This document shows, piece after piece, positions 20,894 through 34,600 of a stretch of DNA of 64,000 nt. Below the pieces are notes generated by a model, which ran no database searches, was not told the DNA's origin, and saw nothing but the letters and a program-made list of their open reading frames with translations. A program made the position numbers and the translations under genes. Source of the stretch: Podarcis tiliguerta (taxonomy: Eukaryota); the NCBI GenBank assembly GCA_965153285.1, contig OZ229111.1; one strand, written 5' to 3'. The number at the start of each line of letters is the position of its first letter. The first letter of the stretch is position 1.

Positions 20894-22613
20894 TGCTGCA
20901 GTTGCTCTGTGCTAGTTCACAAGGTTGTGGCAACAAAAACCCAACAATGGGGTGGAAAAGGATTCAACACAAAAAACTGTAACCAAACTTTTTGACCAGG
21001 AGTAACTTCCACCTTCCTCCCGCAACCCCCTTGCTTCCCGCCCCCCCTTGTGCCACAGCAATTTTTTTAGAATTCTGCTGTTTCACAGAAAACAATCCTC
21101 TTATTTAAAAACAAATACAAAATAATCTAAAAGGAGAAAAATCTATACAGAGAGTATGTACATCTCCGATAAATAGATTAATACTGAGCTGGGGAAAACT
21201 GGAGCTTTTCCAAGGCGCATAATGAAATCAACAGTCGGGGAAAACCGTCTTCTTACGGCCTACCCCAGCTCAGTGCTCCAGGCATAAGCCATCATCTCAT
21301 ACCCCACCCACCCTGGGCTTCCAATGGTTCCCCAGCAACCAATCATCTGCTTGTGCTTCAGAGCCAAGAAGTGCCCCCACTGTCCAGGACAGCCTTCATC
21401 CCAATCCATCCACTCCCTCTACTGAAAAGTGCAACTGTAAGAAGATAGCCTATGTCAAAGAATCCAGAGCCAGCCTGTTTCAGCTTCTTTCTTCAGGGTA
21501 GCAGGGAATGGTGCAGGTCTTTTCTCTTCAGCTCTGTCTGCTCCCGATTGCAATGTTAAACAAACAAACAAAAAACGGAGGAAGCTCTGGCTGCAGGGAT
21601 AAATTTTTGTGCCCAGTTGCTGGATGAGAGGGTTTCCCAGCAGCCACTGGCAAAGGGGTGAAAAGCCTCCCTGTAAACCATCCATGAGGGTTACGCTACC
21701 TGCCCACCCACAACCACATGCATGCCGCTAGCTCACAAGAGCACCGCCTTCTCAGCTGGGCAAGGTTGCTTGAGTGAGCCCTCTGCTGGCCTCATTCCTG
21801 CTTCACATACGAGGCAGCCTAAGTCAGTGCCCTCTAGAACGAGGGCAGGGGAAATCCTGGAGGTGGCAGCCTTGCTATTCATCATGCCAGCTGTTGGGAC
21901 TGACATTCTCGGTTGCTTATTACTCAACGTGGTTAATAAAACTCCTTGCGACAGAGAACCCTGGAAATTAAACATGAAAGAGCATACAGCTCAACTGCTT
22001 TGGGGGAAAGAAGCCATTGGGCTTACCTGTCCAAAGAACAGGGAGCAACATGGCGATGCAGAGGGCCACAGGGATCTCTCTGCTTCAGTGCTAAAGAGCC
22101 ATGCCCCCAACCTCTGCTGCAGACTGATCTATGCCTTTGGCAGTTTGTGGTCCATTCCTGATTCAGGGTCTCGGAGAGTATTAGGCCTAAAGCCTGGTAC
22201 AGCCGACACTTCTCGCTGGCAGCTTGAATAGGTCTGCCTCACCATCGGCACAGGCAAGGAGCAAGTCAGCCACGGTAGCAGAAAAGACCCCAACAATTCT
22301 TCTCTTCCTGCCACTTGGGCTACCAGTGACGTGGTTTGGCTTCAAGCTGCCCAGCTGAGGGGCTGGCAGGGAGATGGCATTCTTGCAAATTAAATAAGTC
22401 AGTGAGAGCTGGTGGTTGCCATCAACATAGCCTACCCCCCGCAACTCTTCCTGCCCCCAAACCAGAAAAGAATAGCAAAAGCTGAAGCTAGTCCCCCCTC
22501 GGGGTCATAATGCAGAGCAGGCGGGTCTGTGTCGTCTCGCTCCTCTTCCTCTCTGCCAGGAGACGGAGAGGCAACAGCTGCCAATGTCACTGCTACTCAA
22601 CAAAGCCATGTGG

Positions 22614-22692
22614 CTAATGTCTCTTGGTGGAGGAGACCTTCTTCTTGCGTGCAGCAAGCATCTCGTAGAATGGATCCCGGCTAATTGCAGCT
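22614..22692 (-). CDS. CYTH1: CYTH1 last coding exon ([11 protein letters not shown]...TKRH*)
   Basis: 79 coding nt ending TAG. Confidence 0.95.
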
Positions 22693-25600
22693 CTGAAGAG
22701 AGACAAGTGGGAGGCGGGGGGGGGGGGGAGAGAGAGTGAGTAAAAAAACCCACAAAGTGTTAAGGGAAATCCCCAACTGATTGGAGATGCCACCTAGCAC
22801 ATAATTATAGGATCAGTCCACCCCCTTAGCGACTGTTTCTGGAAGGAAGCATTATTTAGCTTGAAGAGGGAGCAGGAAGATCAGGGGGACTGCACTTCAT
22901 TAAGGGCTGCCCTATTTCCCCCTCATAACCCACAACCCACTGGCAAATCTCAACCAGGGAGCTATAGAGAGGGCCCATTCTCAGCTGCTACATCTCCTCC
23001 CCAAAATTCCAGGTGCCCACCTAACCACAGAGTTGCGCCCCCACCTCCCTCACAGTGAGGAAATCTAGAGGAATGGGAAATAATTCTTTTCATGGGAGGG
23101 GTGTTTACAGCTACTCCACCCTTTGCCCATGTAAGCCTTATAAGAAGCTGCTGCAGGAGAGGGACTGTGAGCTACTTCATGGGAGGCATATTTCTAGGGC
23201 TAAGGCTGAAACTGAAGCTCCCTTGTTAATTTGGGCTATTGGATGCTACATTTTTAAGTAATCTTTGTTATATTTATAAGCGCTGAAATGTGTTTTTTGA
23301 GGTTTGTTATTATGAAATTGTTTTGTAGTATTTGTTTGAAATGCACCTTTGTTTCTTTGTCGTAAGCCAATTTGAGCATTTGTGTGTGTGCAGAAAAGCA
23401 ACATACGAATGAATGAATGACACATTGCTCAAGCAAACTACCCAGATCCCTTCACATCATTCCTGCCCCTCCTCACTTGATGCATTTCATCCACTCTTCC
23501 TTCTCCTCTGGGGTGGGTGCAGAGATGCGGTAGACAGTGTGGTTCCCTTCCACCACACGCCCGTCTGCCTCAGTCTTGCAAGCCTTGATCACCTGGTCCT
23601 TGTTGTCAGGGATATACAGCTCGAAGCAGTTCTGCAAGAAGAGAAGGATAAACAGAACTGATTTGTGGCCAACACCAGCTCAAACTTTCTGCATATTCCA
23701 GGGATTTCCCAGACATCCTTCAAGAGCAGGAATTACAGGATTTTCGACAGCAAGTAACCAATTCTCTGGTATGACTTCCTGACAGCAATGCAACACTCTG
23801 GGAAGGCAACTCTCATCAAGGGCCTACAATTCCACTAGCTGGGTCAGCATTCCTGGCCCACTGCAGCTATCACCAGAACGACTTGATAGAAATCACTGGC
23901 AAGCTGTCTGAGGATCAGACGTAATTATGAATAAGCCTTTTACCCACACATGCAGCCCCACTGCTCCTCAAGAAAGCAAACTAGAAATATCACTGATTAA
24001 CCACAGTTTCCCCATTTCATCCAAACAAGGAAACTATGGGTGAAGACTTTTTGATTGGATTGATCACAAAGCAGAGGAAGGAGTGAACTAGCTGGGAACA
24101 GGAATGGAGCTTTTTCCTATCTTGGCTATTTAAGCTCTGATAGCATTATCCAAGTGTAGTCACTAACAGCTCAGATGCGACAGGGTCCTTCAACACCTTG
24201 GAGACCTCCAAAAGACAGTGCATATTCTGCACTGCAGAAGCACAGAAAATAGTACTTTGTGTGCAGGTTTAAAATCATCTTGCAAACATCTCAAGCATTT
24301 TGCTCTTAGGGCAGAAAAGATGAGTCAAGTCTCAAAAGCCTGACTTATCCCTGCACAGGATTTTTCTGTAGCCAGCTGGGTGTCCTTGCATAGCTTTCCC
24401 TCTTCCCCCATGGCAGAATCAGAATCAACTCTACAAAAGTGGGCAAGCTTAGTTAATGATTTGCATAATTCAGTTTTTTCTTGGTACCATACTTTTCTTT
24501 CTTTTTACGTGCACACAGTATCTGCAGCCTGGGCTCCCACCCAGTTAGGAAGTGCTCTCCAGCACTGGCATTTACTCACGGGCTTCTTGGAGTCTTCAAC
24601 CTCACGGATACTCAGATTCTCCAAGGGAATGATGCCTCGTGGCTCCTTGTCCTGCAAGACGACAATTTGTTAACTCAGACACATCCAGACTGGTTCATTC
24701 TGACAAAATATTACAGGTTCTTCCATCCCAACATTGAACAGGAAGAACACTGCTCTCAAGACAGATTCATTCTTAATGCTCATTTGAAAGGAGTAGCCTA
24801 CTGTTGCAAACACAACCATGGCATCTGACAGACTTAACAGCTTTATTAGGGCATTCGCTTTCATGGGTCCACAACAGAATGCGCTGCACCCAATATATAT
24901 CCTTGAGATGTCTGATTTGGCCACAGTGGCACATGCCTCAGTTGCATCCCGTTTCGATTACTATAACACACTCTACATGGGGCTACCTTTGAAAAGTGTC
25001 CAGAAGCTTCATCTGGCTCAAAGAGCTGCAGCCAGATTGTAGACTGGGGCTGATTGAGAGCCCCTTGTTACAACAGCTCTACTGGCTACCAGTCTGTTTC
25101 TAGGCACAATTCAGAGTGCTGGTTATATATCCTATAAAGCCCAATACAGTTTGGGTCCTAGCTATCTGAAAGACCGCAATCCCTCATACAAACCTGCCCA
25201 GGATCTGAGATCTTTGGGGGAGGCCCTTCTCTCAGTCCCGCCACCCTCACAGGCACCTTTGGGATGTGGGAGAGGGCCTTGTGGTGGCTGCTCTCGGACT
25301 CTGAAACTCCTTCCCTAGAGAAGTTTGACTGGCTCCTTCCTTGCTGTCCTTCCGCCAGCAGCTGAAGACTTTCTTGTTACAACAGGCTTTGGGCAACTGA
25401 CTTGCTTTTAATGAAAGGGCTGGTGCCATACTTTTTTCAATGTAACTATCTGTACCTTTCTAATAATATATAGTTAGTTTAGATAGTTTTAAAACTATAA
25501 AGGTTTGTTTAACTAACTGCTTTTTAATAAGTAATAGTTTTTCTTCCTGTGTTTTTAGCTGTTCTTATTGTAATGTGTAAGCCACCTTGAATCCTTGTCA

Positions 25601-28600
25601 GGGGGGAAAGGTGGTATGTGTGTATATATTAAATAATTAAAGCCAAGTCTGCAGGCTTCCTCAACCTCGGCCCTCCAGATGTTTTTGGCCTACAACTCCC
25701 ATGATCCCTAGCTAGCAGGACCAGTGGTGAGGGATGATGGGAACAGTAGTCTCAAAAACACCTGGAAGACCAAGGTTGAGGAAGCCTGCTCTACACCATT
25801 CCCACACCAATCAGTAAGAGCTCAGCTATGCAGTTGACTCCAGATAACCCATGTCCTGGGCTCTTACACGAGCCTAAGACTACATACCATAGTCCATCTT
25901 TCAAAACTGCACATTAGCAATCCCATCATGGGATCACGTCCGTGGACACTTACGAGAGCACCCTGTGCCACTCACCGTGGTGTACTCAAAGTAGTAAAGG
26001 CAGTTGTCCGTCAAGATGAACCAGCGCCGTTTCCACGTCTTCACCCGGCCACCTGCGCAGAGAAGAAGCAAGCTTGACAATGCATGCCCAGGCCGAAAGG
26101 AGGGTGCTGGGCACAAGAGCAGCTAAGGCAAAGGCAGAGCTAAGAGCCTACAGGCACAAGTAGGCGGTGTAAGAGAGCGAGTGGCGTCAGCAGTGCAAGC
26201 AGAGCCAGCCGCACACCACACCAGCAGCAGCAGCAGCCAGTGGCTACATGGCGAGCATAGCAGCTGAAGGGGGCAGGCGGAAGGCAGAGGTGGTGGTCAT
26301 CAAGAGAAGTGCCCTGCTGCATATACTATGGAGCAGACATGGATCTGCCGACATGCTGGGGAAGGAAGAGGCATCAGTGTCCTGCTAGTGCTGGGATCTA
26401 CCTACTTAGGCTCTTTATGGACAAAGCTCATAGCTTAGTCAGATTCTGAGCTCCATGGGATTCTGTTTGCCCTGTTTGCATCCTGCCTCATATCCAGCTC
26501 CAACTAATTTAAAAAGAAAGACGCACCAAGAGTCTTCCCAACAGACAACCCATGGCTACACAGTCTTTCTCAGCTATGGGTTCTTGTCCCTGAGACTTGC
26601 CTGCCCGGGTACATACAGTTCCAGGCAAGAAGCAGAGCTTAACAAGAGCTTCAGGATTAAAAAGGGATGCGTACTGAAACTAGGAATCAGCTATTCCCTT
26701 TCCTGCCTCAGTGTGGCTTTTAAGTTGGGCCTCCAGAGCTCCACCCAAAAGGCGGGGTGTGGGGCGGGGCCTGAAATACAAACATGACCTGAAAGTCTTT
26801 TCTGTATAAGCCCATCTCAGAATAAAAGTTCTATGGAATCCCGCTCTGGTGACTTTTAGTCAGGGTGAGGTGAGAGGGATTGGCTTAGAACTGGAACCCA
26901 TTCAGAAAGATGCCCCCACCCATCATCCCATCAGTAAACACAGGAGACTCCAGTGGCCCTTCCCAAATTGACACTGAAACTCAAGTGTCCAGGATCCAAA
27001 TCCAGGGTCTTGGGAAAAGTTTTTGCACAAGCCATCACCAAAATAATGATAATAAAAAGAATCCATACCAGACAGCTCAGATCCCAAGTACAGGGTCAGA
27101 GACCTTGCGACTGCCAGTCAATACAGCGGGGGTCGTTTTGAACACCAAGAGACCCCCAGGACCACCTCCAGCAAAAGCCACCTTGCACCTCACTTGTGAA
27201 AACAACAGAATGCTGTAGCTGCAGGCCCTCCTCGCTTGGCCTCCCCAGTTAGAGGCTGCAAACAACAGCACGTCCAAGAGAGGTGGGGAATACAGGACAG
27301 GGAGGCAAAGATGGAAAGATCTCAGTGGTGGAGAGGGCAACAATTTTGGGTATTTTCTGTCAGCATTGGCTGCTCTCTCAAGCCCACGGCAGTGGAGATG
27401 AACCAACGAGATTTAAAAGGTGCAGAACACTAGAGACCCCTCCTAAGGAGGCCCTGACAGCCACAGACCAGCACATACAACAATGAGACCTCATTCAGCA
27501 ACACAAGAAGGGAAAGAAAAGGGGAAAAATAAGACAAAACAAGCCAACTGCTCCAGATAGTGCCTGCCACAGTCCCCAGGGAACACAGAAAACCCCACCT
27601 GTTGGGAGCCCCTGGCATCATGGGGTGGCCCACTGCACCACCACTGCCAACCTTCTCAGAAGAGCCACTGCAGGGATCCTCACTCTCTGGTGCTGGGGCA
27701 CACGCCTTTTACGAGGAATGCCAGGAATCTTAAGGCCCTTCTCAGCCCCAAACACTGGAGAACTGCTGCCGGTCAAGAGTAGACCAGGGTGAGGAAACAG
27801 AGGCCCATGAGATTGGCCTCATGGGACAAATTTGACAGGTGGACCGGGCTACTGATCCACCCATCACACGATGTCACATGGCAGACAGGCATGGCTTTGC
27901 AAGCCTTCATGTCACTCCCCTTCAAACCCTATGTCGGGGGTTTACAATAAAAAGATGGGGTTTCAGAGGCAAGTGCTTTAACATAGTCTTAAGGCTGAAA
28001 AGTGCAATTGGAAGCAGCTTCCACCCCCCCTTGGAAGGAGGATCCACTCACTAGAAAGAAAGGTGTGTTTTGCAAGGAAAGCCAGTGGAGGGGGACTTCA
28101 CCAGCACTCTGCCTTTGCTTGCAAAACACAACTTTCTGCTTGCCTTGACTATACACATCTGTTCCCAGTAGAAGGATTTAGACTCCACTCTTCAGCTGAC
28201 CAGGATTTGTGGGGAAAGGCCTTGCGGGCCGGGATTAGCCCATGTGCTGGAGATTCCCCACCTTTAGAGTAAACAATACTGGGCTGTATGGACCAATGGT
28301 TTGACCTGGTATTAGGCAGGTTGCTACCGTCCTATCGGAAGAGTACACAGTGAAACATCTCTAGGGAGCACTAGACAAAAGATGCTTTTTAGTGTGTGCA
28401 AGTTCCAAACAGGTTGTGTTAAGGGTCTGAGGCAAAAACCCAAGTTGGAATTTCACTCACAAAGTTGTTTTCATGCTAGAACAGCATTTGAGGTACAACA
28501 GCCTTGTGAACAAAGCGGGGGGCAGGCGGTGTCATTACCCCACACACCCTGTTAAGGAGCCCCCAAGCGAAGCTGCTAATAACCAGCTAGAATTACCCAA

Positions 28601-31600
28601 AGTATTTTTCCCTCAGGACGAGTATAAATAAGCTCATGAGACCAGGATATTAACCAGTGGTTTCTAGCCATGGTTACTGTTCAATGAGTGTGTCCCATCT
28701 GCTATAAGCCAAGTCCACAAAGTTTTGAAATCTTTTAAGCTGGCTACCAAATGTTCATGAAGCAACGTTGTTTGAGAGGTTTTCCAATTTGCTGTCAGTT
28801 TTAAGAAGCTGAGGGAATAGACCCTGCCCATTCATTATGCAGCTTTTCCTCCTCCACCATGACATGGCATTAAATTTAGAAGCCAGGAATATACAATATA
28901 TACTTTGGATATATATATTTAGCGGTCTGGAGACTTCCAGAGAATGAAGCCACAAGAATTTCTGCTGATTCTTTGTTTTAAGTTATTCTGGTTGCCAAGA
29001 AACTCTAAAAAAAAAAGCTAACCCCAATTTAGGCTAATACATCTGGGATAGAGGAAGAGACTCTTAATCTCAGAGTAGTGGGTTTGAGCCGCACATTGAG
29101 CAAAAGATTCCTGCATTGCAGGGGGTTAGACTGGATGAGCCTAGCGATCCCTTCCAACTCTACAAGTCTGTGATTCTATCACATTAAACAAATTAACATT
29201 CTCCCTTCGTTTATGATGGCGCGAGTCAATGTTCTCCAAAGGATGGCACAAAAGACTCATCAGCCATGGAATCATTGGGTGGCCAAGGCCCCGTCTCCAC
29301 CTCCACCTCCCTACCCTTAAAAATGGAAGCAGTGACCTACTCCACAGGGTTGTTGCAGAGTTAGGCGGGATAAGGATTGGAAAGGATTTACAGTGTTATA
29401 AATGGAGTGGTAAGAACCATGATGCGTTACCCAATCAAGATCTTAACAGCTCACTGCTGCCAGCGTCTCCCTAGCTCTCTGGGCCTCTTCCCTCCACCAA
29501 CTGGGACTCCAATGCCATGCAGCTGCCAGCATGCATCAGCTTAGCACAATTAATACTTCATTAGTCCTTGTTACAAGAGGCCTCCCCTTCTTTCTGCTGC
29601 CTGCGAATTCTTAGGGCCCTTCAGGACAAATGTCCTACGTTAATAACCAGGCTTCTGCAGTTCTAAACTTTATCTCTTGGTTTGGGAATTATTTTAAATG
29701 AAAAGAGGTTGAGAAATCTGTAATAGAAATGTACTGAGATATTTTCTCCATGAAAGGAATGCGGCTTTCTCTTAATACTAGCTTTGCCCTTTTCCAGCTT
29801 AATGGGAAGGGGGGAAACCCAAGGGGAAGAGCTTTCAGTGGGGCATAGAAAGTGCTGTGGGAATGTTGGGAGGCAGGGGGTGGGGCTTGTCATGTGACCT
29901 GCAGTAATGTAATGGGGCAAGTGCAGTAAGTGCAGGTAGCACCAGCGCAGCCATGCGTGGACACCCCACCACCATGAACAGCTATGCCTGCTGGGATAAG
30001 GAACCACGGTTTGCCAGCTGCTTGCTGCAGGGCTGGTAATAAGGCATCACCAATGCCTGGATGGTTTCATGATGGCAGCTGTGCACTCGCTGTGGCTGCA
30101 CTGCTGGGCCTACTGGAGCAGGAAGCAGCCAGTCTTAGGAAGCGCACACAGAGTTTCTTGGCAAGAGCAGGCCAGGCTCAGTGGCTATGCACCCTCTCAG
30201 GCCAGATTCACAGTGTCAGTTCCCAGAGAGATGTGGCCGCGCTGCCATTTTCAAGCAAAGGCGCCATACTGCACAGCAACGTCCATGCCGTGAGGAGCTG
30301 CCTCTTCTTGAGGGGTATATAGTGACCTCCCTGCCCCCTGCCTCTTTGGGGCAGACAAAAGGCTGGTTCTTCACCGTTGCATCCTACAATGTGGTTCTGA
30401 CTCCTAAAAATCCAGGGTACTGACAAGGCTGGGGAGAGAGATACTGCCAGGCTCAGACCTGGCCCTGTTGGGAAGCTTCTTTGGGGCAATTTTTTGAGGG
30501 GTGGGCCAAACAGGACATGGAAACTCCGCCTTCCCATCACCCCCCCCCAACCCACTCACCATCCCACCTGCCCCCCAGTTCCCCATGGACTGTGCAGCCA
30601 GTTAGCAACGGTGGCAATAGCAGCGATAAGACTAGTAATAATCACCAGCAATTTAAAAGAACGGAAGAACAGAAAAATAAAGAAGCATGGCAGCACACCC
30701 CTGGCCCCAGCGAAGCTAGCGAGGGGATATGGGGGTACGTACCTCCTGGAGTTTGGAGGGCAGGGAAAGGCAGTGCCAAAATCATGGAAACATACAAAAT
30801 GAGGGAGAAAAGAAAATTAAAAAACAAAGGACTTTTTCAAATCTGCCCTTCGCGCACACCCCAGTTGCTGCTAGCAGGGGGCGCTGCCCAAGCTAATGAA
30901 AGGTGTTGAGCATTAGGGAAAAGAGGGTTGGCAGAAGGGCTTTTCCCAAAACCAGGCCCACGTTTCTCCTGTTGTGGTGCAGGTCTCCCTCTCCACTAGA
31001 ATACCAAGAAGGAGAGTGCCCACCTCAAGGTCATCAGGGTGCCAAAGCCAAGGACACAAAAGCCCCAGCAACTCCTGGCAAAAAAAAAAAATAGGTTTGT
31101 CCTTGTTGCTAGCTTAGGAAATCCTGGCAGCGTCAGGAATTTGCTTGCCACAGGAATGGCTCCCTGGTCACAGAATTAGTGATTTTAGTGCCAGGGCTGG
31201 TGACAGCTGTTAAAGTGGCCTGCAGCCCAGACTCCTCCATGTGGGGGTGGCATGCATCATTCGCAGGCGGAAGCAATCAGCAATTTGCTGCTGGGATTCA
31301 GCTGGAAGACAGCCAAGGCCCCTGCCCCCAAAATCGTGTACACACGAGGAATCGCCTCTGGTGATTACCAACGCAGTTTGGAGCTTTCACAGGCCAAATT
31401 AATCTCACTCTCCAAGGATTTTAGGCATGTCTTTGTTTTCTGTCGCCACCCTGCGGCACTGTATCCCAGAATGAAGCTCTACCAAGTCCTGGGCACTCAG
31501 TGGAAGGGTAAAACCACAGGATGCTGTCTGAGTGATTGCTCCTAACTCAGCAGATTTAGCATTTTGTGATAAAGTCAGCAACATGGTCCCGCAGGGACCA

Positions 31601-34600
31601 AGGGGACTTCCTTCCCATGTAATGGGGGACAGAGACAGGTAGTATTGGGAACCAGGGGGCCTAAATTTGGATATAGCTGCAGCCTAGAATTCCCAATTCA
31701 AACATCCCCGTTCAGGCAGAAAAGCTCACCTATCTGCGAAGAAAAAGATTCAGGCCAGTTCTTTCTACTGCCTCTGAGAAAGCTAGCCACAGGAGAAATT
31801 CCCAAAGTTGGAAAAGGCCATGCTGAACTGAGTTCTCATTGCAATGTCTGCACTCTTTGCATTAGTACCTGCAGTTTTTTAGTCACAATTTTTAAAATCC
31901 GGCGTTAAAACCAAACAAACCCACCCACCCCACCTTTGCACCTGACACAGATACACACACCAACATAGATCTGGTGAATGCTTCCTGAACTGAGACACAA
32001 GCGGGCTGGAGTTTGAAACAAATAGAAAAGAGGATTTGATCATGAGATCCAACCAAGGCTTATTTAACTATAAGGCAGCTATGCTGTGTGTTATCCTGTG
32101 TTTATCGATTTTGATAGCTCGTTGCCTTGGCTATAGCATGATCACTGTCTTTCCTGTGTCTTCATTTGTTTATCTATTGGGTGGATCTGGAGTTAGGGAA
32201 GAAAATTGTGGAGTTTTTGCCAGAAAACATCCTTCCCGGTCCGAAATGAAACTATCTCTTAGGCCTTCTCTTCTGGCTGAACTTCAAGATCACGTATCTT
32301 TTCTAAACATACTTAACAAAGAATGGAAACTTCATTGCAAACAAAATTTATGTTTTGCTACAATTACAACTGTAATATACAACTGTGTTTTCAAGCAACC
32401 ATATATTTGCTGCGTACGTGAAGGTCTAAAATTGTAAACTGTAAAATATTCTCAAGTTATATCCATGTCCATAATGGTGCACCTAGCAGCCTGTCCTTAA
32501 GTCTGCTTTGTGAGCAAGCCTCATTTCTGTCTCCACTGCCGTGCAATGCAACCTCTTATTTTAAAATAATTAAAATGTATGTTCTAAATAACAATATCTA
32601 TCAATCCTTTGTCATTTTGTTGCATGGGCTTTGGTTGAAAGGAAAAGAAAGGGCACGATTTAGAAGGCGTGTCGTTCAGACTCAGCACTGAGTCTCAGCT
32701 CAGACATCATTCCCCAGGAATATATCGAGTGTGTGCATCCTCCCTCAATCCCTTGGAATCAAAAGCATCTGTTTCCATTTTATTTCATCAAATGCTCCAA
32801 GCAAAAAGAGGATGGTTACACATTCAAACATAGATGAATAATTCCATTAGCCATATTTCATTAAAGATTCAGTGATTGCAAATTTGAATATTCAAAGGAT
32901 TTGTGCTTTCAAATTTGATTTGCAGATTCCAAGTGATTTAAACAGCCCTAAAGGTGGTGGGAAGAGAAATCGGAGAAACAAACCAGCCAGGGAGCTGCTC
33001 CAGCCATAACCTGGCAAGACAACTGAAACATTCTGAGTGAGCAGGAGAAAGATGGTCAAGGGCTGCACAGGGAAAGGCTGGTGGGCTGGTGGATGCCTTG
33101 CAGGTGCCATGCATGCACTGCCGGTGCGCACACAGCGGGGATGTGGGAGGTGATGCCAGAGACTAGCCTCCAATGTCAGGTGAGAAGCACAGAACCACAG
33201 ACAAGTCTTGGGCTAACGCTTAGTCCACTGTGGTTAGGAATATTGGAGCCAGGGAAAAAAATCCCAAGTTTATCTGCTGTTCCTGGGGCCCATGAAACCA
33301 ATGTGTCTTCCTCACTGTCATAAGCACCCCACCCCACCAAATCACCGAAACCAGTCGGCCATGCCCAAGTTAAGAGAACTATTAGGGGACGCTGAGCACT
33401 GCAACCAAGACTGCCCTTGCTGGACATCCTGCTGAAGCATGGATGATTAGGAAAGCATCCTGAGTTCGGCAATGGGTATATGTTGTGCTGGACTGTGGCC
33501 ACCGAGCCCCATGCAAAAAATAAAAAACGAAGAAGTCACCAGACTGCAGCCGAGCTCCCTGCTCCCTGCAGCCTATGCCATGGCGACAGCCGCACTGCTC
33601 CGCATGGCTGAGGCCTTGCACCTTGCGCAGATGCACTCACCGAGCTTCAGAAGCCAGCCTTCACGGTCTGGGTTGAAGAAAGTGTGCGTCAGGTCATTGC
33701 CATCATCCTCGGGAATTTTGAAGGGCTCGTTTTTAATGCTGTCGTACAGATTCTGGTAGGAGGAAGAGAAACGCATTGGGGGCCTGTGCAAGTCCCACTC
33801 CTGCTTCCCAGGAGGAATAGCCAACCTGGGAAGGGACCAGCGTTTGCATGCAGAAGGTGCTGGGTGAAATTCTCCACATCTAACATGCAAAAAAGTAACG
33901 GGTAGCAGGCAACGTGAAAGATCTCTGCCCAAGGCCCAGGAGAGAGTCTCTGTCAACCAGATCAGACGCAAGAGGACAATAGTGGGTTAGATAGACTAAT
34001 ATGACCAGGTACAAAGGCAGCTTCCAATATTCCAATGACCCGCCACCCCCATGTCCCTTATCGCAGTCCTGTGATTTCCAAACACTACTTCCACTCCCTT
34101 CCCACAAAGCTCACCCTAAGTAGCTCCTCGGGCAGGTCCCCGCCATCATTGATGCCACGATTCATGGCAATGAAGCGCTCCACTGTTGGCTTGTCCTTAA
34201 CGTTGGGATTATGAAGACTGGTGTTGAGCATGATGATGGCAAACGAGAGCACATAACAGGTATCTGGGGTGGAGAAAGGTGTGAAGGATGGATCAAGCAC
34301 AGAATGGGCTGCCCTTTGGCTCCATCCATTACCAAGGCACAAACTCAAGACAATTGGGTAGCCTAGGAAGTGTCATCAAGTCCCAGGATGCATGCTCTGT
34401 ATTGGGTTGTTTGCTATCTTGGGGTGGGTGGGTGGCTGGATGGGGAGCCCTGCTGGATCAGACCAAAGGCCCATCTAGACCAGCATCCTATTCTCAGAGT
34501 GGTCAACCAAATGCCTGCAGAATGCCCACAAGGAAAACACAAGCTCAAAATCCCCACTTGTGATTCCCAGGAACTACTTTTCAGAGGCATTCTGCCTCTG

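Noticed and set aside
21722-22231. 169-aa + strand ORF
   Set aside because: Antisense to the CYTH1 3'UTR, no motif; probably chance.
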